The notes under the pieces are model-generated. The model was given only the letters and a program-made list of their open reading frames with translations, was not told the origin of the DNA and made no database searches. Both the position numbers and the translations under genes were made by a program. DNA of 17,459 nt from an uncultured archaeon (GTDB taxonomy: Archaea; Iainarchaeota; Iainarchaeia; Iainarchaeales; CSSED10-239). The number at the start of each line of letters is the position of its first letter. The first letter of the stretch is position 1. Below, piece by piece: positions 7,783-15,575 of the stretch. The stretch lies in assembly GCA_964468895.1 (NCBI GenBank), contig CAYXWT010000005.1:17115-34573 (forward strand), in the 5' to 3' direction.

Positions 7783-8178
7783 TTAATCTACAAAATTCTT
7801 AACATCTAATTTCAAATTTTCTTTATACTTCTTAGCTAAAGAAACATCTTTTAGCTTTTTTGGCTTTTCCTCTAAAACATTCATTCCTTGGACATCATAT
7901 CTTGGTATAAGATGCCAATGAACATGTTGTGTTTCAGCCATATAAAGTAAATATACTTTTTTAATTTTCAAAGTTTTAAGCATAGCATTTCTAACTGCAT
8001 CTAGAACATCCCTAAAATAATTATAATCTTTTCTTTTAAGAAGATGTAAATCTGCAATTTTATCCTTCTACACAATTACTACATGTCCTTTTGTTATTGG
8101 TAAATTTGCAAGAGTAGCATAAAGTTTAGAATCTTCATAAAAAATTGCCCCTTTCAATGGTTTCGGAAAATCAGACAT
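7783..8178 (-). pseudogene. HIT-family hydrolase interrupted by one in-frame TAG (8068-8070)
   Basis: The two track ORFs 8068-8250 and 7783-7983 are in the same frame. Hand translation across the gap gives ...PITKGHVVIV-TAG-KDKIADLHLLKRKDYNYFRDVLDAVRNAMLKTL...AETQHVHWHLIPRY (HxHxHxx histidine triad). TGTGAT, 4 nt, then ATG 8178 (MSDFPKPLKG). Confidence 0.8.
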
Positions 8179-8365
8179 ATATATCACATTTAATAATATC
8201 ATCGAATAGTTTTGTAAATATTTTAAGCTATTTTTTAAATAAAACAACAACCAAAAATGAATAATAAATGAATATACTTTCTAAATAAAAACCTTTCTGT
8301 TTCTTATTATAGAAATATACTTTACAATATAAGGTATTTCCTTTTTAGAACCTGAAACCAATCTA

Positions 8366-8393
8366 ACCATTTTCTTGACATCAAGAAAATGGT
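8366..8393. repeat. Hairpin element X2: perfect 13-bp stem with a 2-nt loop
   Basis: ACCATTTTCTTGA-CA-TCAAGAAAATGGT. It lies between the DUF3160-like gene's 3' end and the HIT gene start. Confidence 0.55.
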
Positions 8394-8549
8394 CCAAAAC
8401 AGAAAATTTGAATTTTTAAAAGAGAATTTTACTTTAGAATTCCTTATTTAATAAAATTAATCCTAAATATTATAGATTAGTAAATAATTAACTACCACAG
8501 AAGTACAAAATAATCTAAATTAAACTTATTGAAAAAAAATTAATTTATA

Positions 8550-11162
8550 TTAATCATATAAGTAATTTGGTCTACCTACAAGTTCAGATAAATTTTCACT
8601 ACTACTTCTCCACTTTTCATCAGTTAATCTATCATCCATATCCCAAGGAAATTCATAATAACTAAACATTGGACCAACAGCTAATCCAATTGAACCATCT
8701 TTAGATTTATGAGCTACAATTATCCAATCAATTCTACCTGTACCAACTTCTAAAACCTTTGAAGTGTTTCCTTCTGTATGAACATCAGCTATAATTTGAG
8801 TATTAAATGGATCATCTTCTGTAGACAATCTTGTTGAACTTATAGATCCTATTCCACTTTTTCCAACTTTAACTGTTAGAGCAGAAGCTAATTTTTCAAG
8901 TATATCTGTTAAACTTACAGAAATACTTTCTATATAATCATAATCTTCTTCACTTAGTTCTGTATTTTTTAATTCTTTTTTAGAAATTTCTTCTAATCTA
9001 CTAACTAAGTTTATACTATCATCAATAGGTTCTTTAAGTTTATTACTTAAAAGTTCTTTTTCTTCTAATCCATTTTTAAGTAATTCTAATGTTTTTTTTA
9101 ATCTAAAATAAGCTTCTGGATTTGGTTCTACATATCCATAATATTTAGAACTTAATGGACCCATAGCACCACAGGAAGTTCTAGAAGTATATGATTGTTT
9201 TACATAAAGAATTGTATCATGTCTTAGTTGAGCCCAAGAGCCAAGTGCAGTAATTAAATCTTTTTTCTCCCAAACTTTTGATCTCATCCAATTAGGATAG
9301 CCTATAGGTTTATCTTTTACAATTGGTTGAAGTACCCATAACCAAGAATTATATAAATTATCTGTCCAATCACTTACTGTATAACTATCAACTAAATTCT
9401 TAGAAGAATTTAATTGATTAGAATAATTACAAAAAGAATTATAATTTAAATCTGAAATTATTTCATCTGCACTATTAGAACCAAGTGAAGACATAATATC
9501 TAAACCAGTAGGCATAAATCTACAACTATTATATACTTTTTGTAATTTAGGATCATTATATTCTAAATTACAATTATAACCACAATAATAAACCATTGCT
9601 GATTCACAAACCTCATTCCAATACTTTTGTTTATTAGCATCCATACTTTCACAAGACTTATAAAAATCAACAGGTTGACTTAAAATAGAATTAATTTCAC
9701 CAAAATTTAATATATCATTATAATCACTATTATCTATATTAGGTCCTACATTTCTATATACCATATCTCCTAATATTTGTGAATCTATTGCATATCTTTG
9801 ACCAATTAGTCTCATACCTTTAGTTGTTTCTTCTAAAGAACCACTTAAATCAAATTCAAAATTATTAAGTATTTTAGGTCCTTTCATTTCACTAAGTTCT
9901 TCTTGAATATTATTAAACAATTCTTCATCACTTATAATATCTTCTTTACTTATATTAGAATCAGAAGAATCTTCAATAATATTATTTAAAGCCATATCAT
10001 AATCATAAAAACTTAAATCATCACTAACACCACTAAAAAAAGAAGTAACACTATATACTTTATTCCATTCATCATCAATATCAGCTGATTTTACAGCTTC
10101 AGAAAGTAAAAGTGCTTGTTTAGTCCAGTTTTCTCCATTAGTTTTAAAAGTAATTCTTCCAAGCCACATCATACTTTTAAAATAATTTTTTAATTCTTCA
10201 GTACTTGTATAATGACCTCTAGGAATATATTGTGAATAATCTTCACAATAACATTTTTTAGAACACACATCATTATACAAATCTACAAATTCTACTTCTT
10301 CTTCATTATAAATAACTTTTACTTTTATTTCAGAAGAACAAGAATTATCGTTTTTTAAATATAATACATTACTACAAACATTAGGACAATCTTTACTAAA
10401 CAATTCATTTTTATAAAAACCTTTATGAGCTTTTATTCTTCCAATTTCTTTATCTACATCCTCTTTAACCATACTTTTCACATTATAAGAAGGATCTAAT
10501 AATTTTAAAGCAACACTTAAATAAGCTAAATTTCTTTTAGATAATTCTTTATTTAAAGGATCTTCTAAAGATTCATATTGTTTATAACTTTCATTTATAC
10601 TTTTAGAAAGAAATTTGTCTAATAAATCAGACAATTCATTTATTTCTAGATTTTTAAGAATTTCATTAAATTCAATATGAAATAAATTCAAAACAGAATC
10701 TGTAGTTATAATAATAGGAACACCAGATCTATCTTCATTATACCTAGTAATCCAAGATTGGTTAGGACCTCTACTATTACTCATATGCTCATAAGCATCT
10801 TCGAATTTATTATATTTTTGTCCAAGAGTATCTCCTGGTATAATAACAACACCATTATCAAGAAGAGTTTGTGTTTCGTTTTCATTTAAATTTAAATTAA
10901 ACTTACCTTTAATATCTCTAATATAGTTTATTGGCATTTCTTCTAAAGGAAGTTCATATTCTGGATTATTATAATTTTCAGAAATATAATTTATATTTTC
11001 ATCATCACTAACATTAATCAGTCTTACATTTTCAAAAGTTTTATTTGAAAATTCATAATTTCCAGAACTTAAAGACAAATTAGTTCCAAAAATATTAAAT
11101 ACAAAAATAGCAGCTATAATAATAACAATAATAAATATAATTCCAAAAAAATTCTTATTTAT
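8550..11162 (-). CDS. Large Cys-rich secreted or membrane-anchored protein, DUF3160-like
   Basis: Uninterrupted 842-codon ORF in AT-rich DNA. NGVVIIPGD..., VPIIITTDSVLNLFHIEF and IPRGHYTSTEELKNYFKSMMWLGR match my recollection of DUF3160. The same frame stays open upstream of the track's TTG 11078 and encodes NKNFFGIIFIIVIIIAAIFVFNIFGTN (a signal anchor). There is no in-frame ATG. ATA 11160-11162 is preceded by TGAGAT plus 4 nt. Confidence 0.8.
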   Translation of the reverse strand: MNKNFFGIIFIIVIIIAAIFVFNIFGTNLSLSSGNYEFSNKTFENVRLINVSDDENINYISENYNNPEYELPLEEMPINYIRDIKGKFNLNLNENETQTLLDNGVVIIPGDTLGQKYNKFEDAYEHMSNSRGPNQSWITRYNEDRSGVPIIITTDSVLNLFHIEFNEILKNLEINELSDLLDKFLSKSINESYKQYESLEDPLNKELSKRNLAYLSVALKLLDPSYNVKSMVKEDVDKEIGRIKAHKGFYKNELFSKDCPNVCSNVLYLKNDNSCSSEIKVKVIYNEEEVEFVDLYNDVCSKKCYCEDYSQYIPRGHYTSTEELKNYFKSMMWLGRITFKTNGENWTKQALLLSEAVKSADIDDEWNKVYSVTSFFSGVSDDLSFYDYDMALNNIIEDSSDSNISKEDIISDEELFNNIQEELSEMKGPKILNNFEFDLSGSLEETTKGMRLIGQRYAIDSQILGDMVYRNVGPNIDNSDYNDILNFGEINSILSQPVDFYKSCESMDANKQKYWNEVCESAMVYYCGYNCNLEYNDPKLQKVYNSCRFMPTGLDIMSSLGSNSADEIISDLNYNSFCNYSNQLNSSKNLVDSYTVSDWTDNLYNSWLWVLQPIVKDKPIGYPNWMRSKVWEKKDLITALGSWAQLRHDTILYVKQSYTSRTSCGAMGPLSSKYYGYVEPNPEAYFRLKKTLELLKNGLEEKELLSNKLKEPIDDSINLVSRLEEISKKELKNTELSEEDYDYIESISVSLTDILEKLASALTVKVGKSGIGSISSTRLSTEDDPFNTQIIADVHTEGNTSKVLEVGTGRIDWIIVAHKSKDGSIGLAVGPMFSYYEFPWDMDDRLTDEKWRSSSENLSELVGRPNYLYD

Positions 11163-11281
11163 AAATATCTCATCTTTCCTATTATTACTTATTAATTACA
11201 CAAGTAATTAATTGTAATCTATTAGATATTTAATAGGTAAATATTTAAAAACACTTTTTTTTGATAAGGTTATAAAAACAA

Positions 11282-11972
11282 TCAGATATTTACAATTTTA
11301 TCAATGTTTTTATTTAAATATTTAATAAAATCACCTTTAGTCTTAGATTTTAATTTATACCAATCCAAATAAAGATTTCTAATATTATCTTCTAGTTTAT
11401 TCAAAATTTCAAATTTTTTAGAACCATATTTAGTATAATAATAATTATCCCACAATTTAGAAGTAAAACCAAATTTAAACTTAAATATATTAGTTATAGT
11501 ACTTACAAAACATTCTTCAAAATAAATCTAATTTAAACAATCTTTATTATCTTTAATTGATTTAATTAACTCTTGATAAATTTCATCTTTTTGATTAATA
11601 CAATGTGCTAATTCATGAAACATAGTAGAAAAAATCCTTTTTTTTCTAAGTATTATTTTCCTAATCATAAATTTCACTTCTTTTAGCATAAGGAGAAATA
11701 ACTAAAATAAAACCATCTATAAAAGCATGACCTGTATAACCACTCATACCAGTTGGTCCAATAGCACTAAAACATTTAAAATTAAGATTATCTTCTAAAT
11801 TATAAATCTGACTTAAAAAGTTTATTTTTTTCAAAATCTCATTTTTAAAGTCTTTAAATAAACTATTTACTTATACTATTAAATCTAAATTTATATGATT
11901 TATATTAATAGCATTCAAAAATTAATTAATAAAAACTAATTCTTTTCTTAAGTAATTATTAGATAATCTTAA
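11282..11972 (-). pseudogene. Decayed HExxH zinc-peptidase-like gene (possibly DUF2268-like); the 5' limit is approximate
   Basis: Minus-strand fragments read as follows:
- ...LRLSNNYLRKELVFIN-TAA-FLNAININHINLDLIV-TAA-VNSLFKDFKNEILKKINFLSQIYNLEDNLNFKCFSAIGPTGMSGYTGHAFIDGFILVISPYAKRSEIYD-TAG
- frameshift
- MIRKIILRKKRIFSTMFHELAHCINQKDEIYQELIKSIKDNKDCLN-TAG-IYFEECFVSTITNIFKFKFGFTSKLWDNYYYTKYGSKKFEILNKLEDNIRNLYLDWYKLKSKTKGDFIKYLNKNIDKIVNI-TGA
Such long open stretches are unexpected for non-coding AT-rich DNA. Confidence 0.5.
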
Positions 11973-12150
11973 ATTAAATAATTATTATAAAACCTAATAT
12001 CTTACAATTAAAACAACAAAAAGACTTTGATTATAGTACTATAATTTACTTTTTCTAAAATTAAATAAAATATATTTAACAATATTATAAAAATTAGGTT
12101 AATCTTTTGTTTTCTACAATATATTTAGACATATAAAAAATATATCTTAC

Positions 12151-13656
12151 TTAAAGATCCCAAATACATTTGCCATTAACTTTTCCAAAGTTATCCATAT
12201 TTTGAGTATAATTTTTAATAATAAGATAAGTTTTTTCAAAAGATGTATTAGCATTCTTCTTTTTATCTACATTAGTAATAATATTTAATATCTCTTTTCT
12301 ATCAATGTTTTTAAAATAATTAATAAAATCATTTTGAAGAATATTACAAAGACCATAAAAATAAGATTTTGCAAGTATTATATCTTTTTTATTTTTAGAA
12401 TCTAGATAATCTTTAATATAACTCCTCATACTCTTAACAGAATCTTTAAGTATATATTCAAGATTTTTAAAATCTTTATTTTTAATATATTTAACAATCT
12501 TATTTTTAATATTAATAAATTCTTTAGATTCATAAGAAGTAATATTACTAGTACCTTTTTTTTTAGTAAAATTAGTTTTTTTATTTAATAAAGAATTAAA
12601 ATATACTATAGAATTATTAGCATCTACAACAACTTCATCATTATCATTAGTATATTTTAATAATTCACTAATATTAATACCACCTATACAAGGAAGACCT
12701 AATTCTCTAGAAATTATAGCAGGATGAGATGTTACTGAATCAATTTCACATATAACAGCTTTTGCTTTTTTATAAACCTCTATATATTCTGGAAATAAAA
12801 CATAAGTTACGAGAATATTATTTTTTTTAAATAATTTACTAGCTTCTTTAAAATTAACAGCATCTGAAATAAATTGGATATTTCCTTTTACAAAACCATT
12901 TGATAAAGTAACACCTTTTATTTTAGAATTATATATCTTCTTATTTATAGAGTTTTGTAATTTATTTTCTTTAACTTTATTTAATTTACTTAAAGTAGTA
13001 ATATTTCTACTTTGAAGTATCCAAATATTATTTTCTTTATCAATAGCAAATTCAATATCTTGAGGGTACTTAAAACTCAATTCTATATCTTGCCCAAATA
13101 AATATAACTTTTTAAAGATTTTATTTAGATTTTTGGTTTTATTAATTTTTAGAGAATTTTCTTTACCAGAAACTAAGTTATGTAGATGTCCAAAAACATA
13201 TTCTATTAAAAAATTAGATTTACCTATAGGATCTTTGGTAAAATAAACTCCAGAAATACTTGTAATTATTTGTTTTTGTACAATTACTCCTAAATCATCA
13301 TTTTTTGAACTTTTAATAACATCTAATATTGCTAAAAACAATTCTTCTTCTGAATTTACATTAATTATACTTTTATATTTTCCAGCTAGAGAACAATCAT
13401 TAGAGTCTTCTAATAAACCACTACTTCTAACAACTATAGGAAAAGTAGGTTTTGAAAAAATACAATCATAAAGATAATTTAAAATTTCAGTTTTATATTT
13501 TTTTAAAAGACCTTTTTTTTTAATATTATTAACTAAATATGTATCTAAAACAAATCCATTAGGCACATTATAAGAAAATCTTTTTAATTTCATTAAATTA
13601 TATGCTTTATTACCAATTGTTTTAGAATCAACAAGAGAGTATAAATTATAAATCAT
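12151..13656 (-). CDS. PEP-utilising-type phosphotransferase: PPDK_N-like ATP-grasp domain, phosphohistidine swivel domain, and an uncharacterised ~140-aa C-terminal region
   Basis: N-terminus SKTIGNKAYNLMKL...VVRSSGLLEDS...SLAGKYKS matches the PEP/pyruvate-binding (nucleotide-binding) domain. SVTSHPAIISRELGLPCIGG is the PEP-utilisers mobile-domain His motif. No TIM-barrel PEP-binding domain is evident. The start overlaps the rSAM gene's end by 11 nt. Confidence 0.85.
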   Translation of the reverse strand: MIYNLYSLVDSKTIGNKAYNLMKLKRFSYNVPNGFVLDTYLVNNIKKKGLLKKYKTEILNYLYDCIFSKPTFPIVVRSSGLLEDSNDCSLAGKYKSIINVNSEEELFLAILDVIKSSKNDDLGVIVQKQIITSISGVYFTKDPIGKSNFLIEYVFGHLHNLVSGKENSLKINKTKNLNKIFKKLYLFGQDIELSFKYPQDIEFAIDKENNIWILQSRNITTLSKLNKVKENKLQNSINKKIYNSKIKGVTLSNGFVKGNIQFISDAVNFKEASKLFKKNNILVTYVLFPEYIEVYKKAKAVICEIDSVTSHPAIISRELGLPCIGGINISELLKYTNDNDEVVVDANNSIVYFNSLLNKKTNFTKKKGTSNITSYESKEFINIKNKIVKYIKNKDFKNLEYILKDSVKSMRSYIKDYLDSKNKKDIILAKSYFYGLCNILQNDFINYFKNIDRKEILNIITNVDKKKNANTSFEKTYLIIKNYTQNMDNFGKVNGKCIWDL

Positions 13657-14821
13657 TATATTTCACATCATAAAATTTTAAAATTTGCGGATAATTTTTA
13701 AGAACATATTTCTTATATTTACAATTTATTTTTGAATTATATAATCCTTTATATATACAACCAACACAGTAATTATAAAATTCACAATCTCCACAAATCT
13801 CTTTATTAGGTTCAGGAATTTTGAATAAAAATGAATTTTCTAAAAAATTATCAGTATCATAAATATTTCCAATTTTAAAATTAAGTGGAAATAAAGCACA
13901 AGGTCTTATATCACCATTAGGTTCTATAGAACTATGTTTTAATAATAAACCACAATTTACTAAATTTATACGCATATCTTTTTTATTAAAATCTTCTAAA
14001 TTATTATTAACAAATTTCTCAATATATGTTAGTTCAGTTATTTTATTTTTACCTCTACCTATTGGTGAAACATATGAAAAATCAACTAGTTTAACTCCTA
14101 ATTCGAATAATTTTTTTGTAACAATATCCTTTTGATCTAAATTATAATCAATATCTGTACATATAATTCTTAGAGGTAGATATTTTTTTAATTCTAATAT
14201 AGTTTTACGTAAATAAAAATCATTATCATCAATTTTGTTTATATCTCTAAACCAACGATTAAAACTCATACTAATATTTAATTTATTTAAATTAATAATA
14301 TTTATAGATTTTAATAGTTTACTTAAAATAGATGTGTTTGTTCCATTAGTTATCAATTCCACAGATTCAAAATTGTTTAACAAAAAACACATAAAATCAA
14401 CAAAATTTCTATGTAATGTAGGTTCTCCTCCAGTAACACAAATTTCTCTTAAACCTTTATCTTTAAAAAACAACAATCTTTTTTTAATTTTTTCAACATC
14501 ACAAAAATTACTATCTAAATTAAATTTAGCATCACGATAACAATAATCACAATTTAAATTACAACTATCTGTTAATTCAATTTGAAAATATAAAGGATAC
14601 ATTTCATTAACAGAACCTATAATTTCAAAATCATGGTTATAAATATTATTATTATTAAAAAAAGAAATTACAAAATCTGAGATTTTATTTTTTTTATAAT
14701 TTATAAATTCTACATTAGCAGATTTATTAAAAACATAAATATGAGAATCTCTAAAACCTAAATTATTATTAAAATAAATTAAAAAATAAGAAAAAAAAGG
14801 TGTTCTATAATAATATTGCAT
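13646..14821 (-). CDS. Radical SAM enzyme with a C-terminal SPASM-like domain (peptide maturase candidate)
   Basis: CNLNCDYC (CxxxCxxC), GGEPTLH, and a C-terminal Cys cluster (CALFPLNFKIGNI ... CGDCEFYNYCVGC). An ~85-aa extension lies N-terminal to the SAM cluster. ATG 14821 is preceded by GTTGAT plus 4 nt; the track starts at TTG 14833. Confidence 0.9.
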   Translation of the reverse strand: MQYYYRTPFFSYFLIYFNNNLGFRDSHIYVFNKSANVEFINYKKNKISDFVISFFNNNNIYNHDFEIIGSVNEMYPLYFQIELTDSCNLNCDYCYRDAKFNLDSNFCDVEKIKKRLLFFKDKGLREICVTGGEPTLHRNFVDFMCFLLNNFESVELITNGTNTSILSKLLKSINIINLNKLNISMSFNRWFRDINKIDDNDFYLRKTILELKKYLPLRIICTDIDYNLDQKDIVTKKLFELGVKLVDFSYVSPIGRGKNKITELTYIEKFVNNNLEDFNKKDMRINLVNCGLLLKHSSIEPNGDIRPCALFPLNFKIGNIYDTDNFLENSFLFKIPEPNKEICGDCEFYNYCVGCIYKGLYNSKINCKYKKYVLKNYPQILKFYDVKYNDL

Positions 14822-14826
14822 GATAA

Positions 14827-14919
14827 TCAACAAGGTTTATTTCCACAGGTACCTCTATTAAATGCAACACTATGTACAACACCAATAAATTTTGGTATAT
14901 TTGAATCATCTGAATCCAA
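14827..14919 (-). CDS. Unannotated 30-aa peptide, candidate RiPP precursor
   Basis: Hand translation: (M/L)DSDDSNIPKFIGVVHSVAFNRGTCGNKPC-TGA. GAGGTGAT, 4 nt, then TTG 14919, the same spacing as other genes here. The stop lies 5 nt before the rSAM ATG. The frame is open back to GTG 14955, so the peptide could be up to 42 aa. Confidence 0.55.
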   Translation of the reverse strand: MDSDDSNIPKFIGVVHSVAFNRGTCGNKPC

Positions 14920-15038
14920 AATAATCACCTCATAAATTATAGAACCAAACAACACTTAAATACTAGCATTAATCTAAAAATTATTTAAATAACAAATTAC
15001 AAGTAATATCTTTAAACACTACTTAGACAATATTAAAA

Positions 15039-15056
15039 TTTTAGAGACCTCTAAAA
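15039..15056. promoter_or_regulatory. 8-bp perfect inverted repeat TTTTAGAG-AC-CTCTAAAA between the Nudix gene and the peptide operon (terminator or operator candidate)
   Basis: Read directly. On the minus strand it is followed by ATTTTAAT. It lies 39 nt downstream of the Nudix stop and 120 nt upstream of the peptide start. Confidence 0.3.
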
Positions 15057-15094
15057 CTTTTATTAACCTATATTTCTTTATGAATATCCTCAAT

Positions 15095-15544
15095 TTAAAA
15101 AAAATCTTTAAATTCAGATATAATTTTATCCATAATTTCTTTTTGACGAGGAAATTTCAAATACTTTACAAAATTGTCCTTATTTACAAAAACAAATCCA
15201 CTAACTTCTTCTTCTTGCAATTTGATATCATCAATATTACTTTTAATTTTAGCTATAAAAATACTTCTTATTTGACCTTCATATCTTATACCTACTTGTT
15301 TATATTTATGTTCAATAGCATATTTTGGCCAATCAAATTTTTCTATAATAGTACTTTTTTCTAATATTTCAATATCTACATCAAGTTCTTCTTTCATTTC
15401 TCTTTTAAGTGCTAATTCATCAGATTCATTATCTTCAACACCTCCAGCAGGTATTTTATAATAATCTGGTTCACCAGTAGATTGTACTAAAACAAATTCT
15501 TTTTTATCATTAAATAAAAAAGCACTAACACCTTTTCTATACAT
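15095..15544 (-). CDS. NUDIX hydrolase
   Basis: Nudix box GGGVEDNESDELALKREMKEELDV (Gx5Ex7REUxEExGU). GAGGTGAT, 4 nt, then ATG 15544. Confidence 0.9.
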   Translation of the reverse strand: MYRKGVSAFLFNDKKEFVLVQSTGEPDYYKIPAGGVEDNESDELALKREMKEELDVDIEILEKSTIIEKFDWPKYAIEHKYKQVGIRYEGQIRSIFIAKIKSNIDDIKLQEEEVSGFVFVNKDNFVKYLKFPRQKEIMDKIISEFKDFF

Positions 15545-15575
15545 TCAAATCACCTCTATAAATATTAACACTAGT

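Noticed and set aside
7783-8250. Treating 7783-7983 and 8068-8250 as two separate small genes
   Set aside because: They are in the same frame, separated only by one TAG and 28 sense codons. Together they form one HIT-family protein. The first 24 codons of the 8250 ORF lie upstream of the SD and ATG 8178.
12094-12132. Tiny minus-strand ORF MSKYIVENKRLT-stop after the PEP-utiliser gene, considered as the original peptidase N-terminus or a second peptide
   Set aside because: It is 12 codons long, with no SD at the usual spacing, no Cys or recognisable motif, and no demonstrable link to the downstream peptidase fragments.
14235-14540. 101-aa plus-strand ORF inside the radical SAM gene
   Set aside because: It is antisense to a gene with clear catalytic motifs, and its translation is low-complexity.
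15080-15364. 94-aa plus-strand ORF overlapping the Nudix gene
   Set aside because: It is antisense to the Nudix gene, which has a perfect Nudix box and SD. The translation is Phe/Ile/Asn low-complexity.
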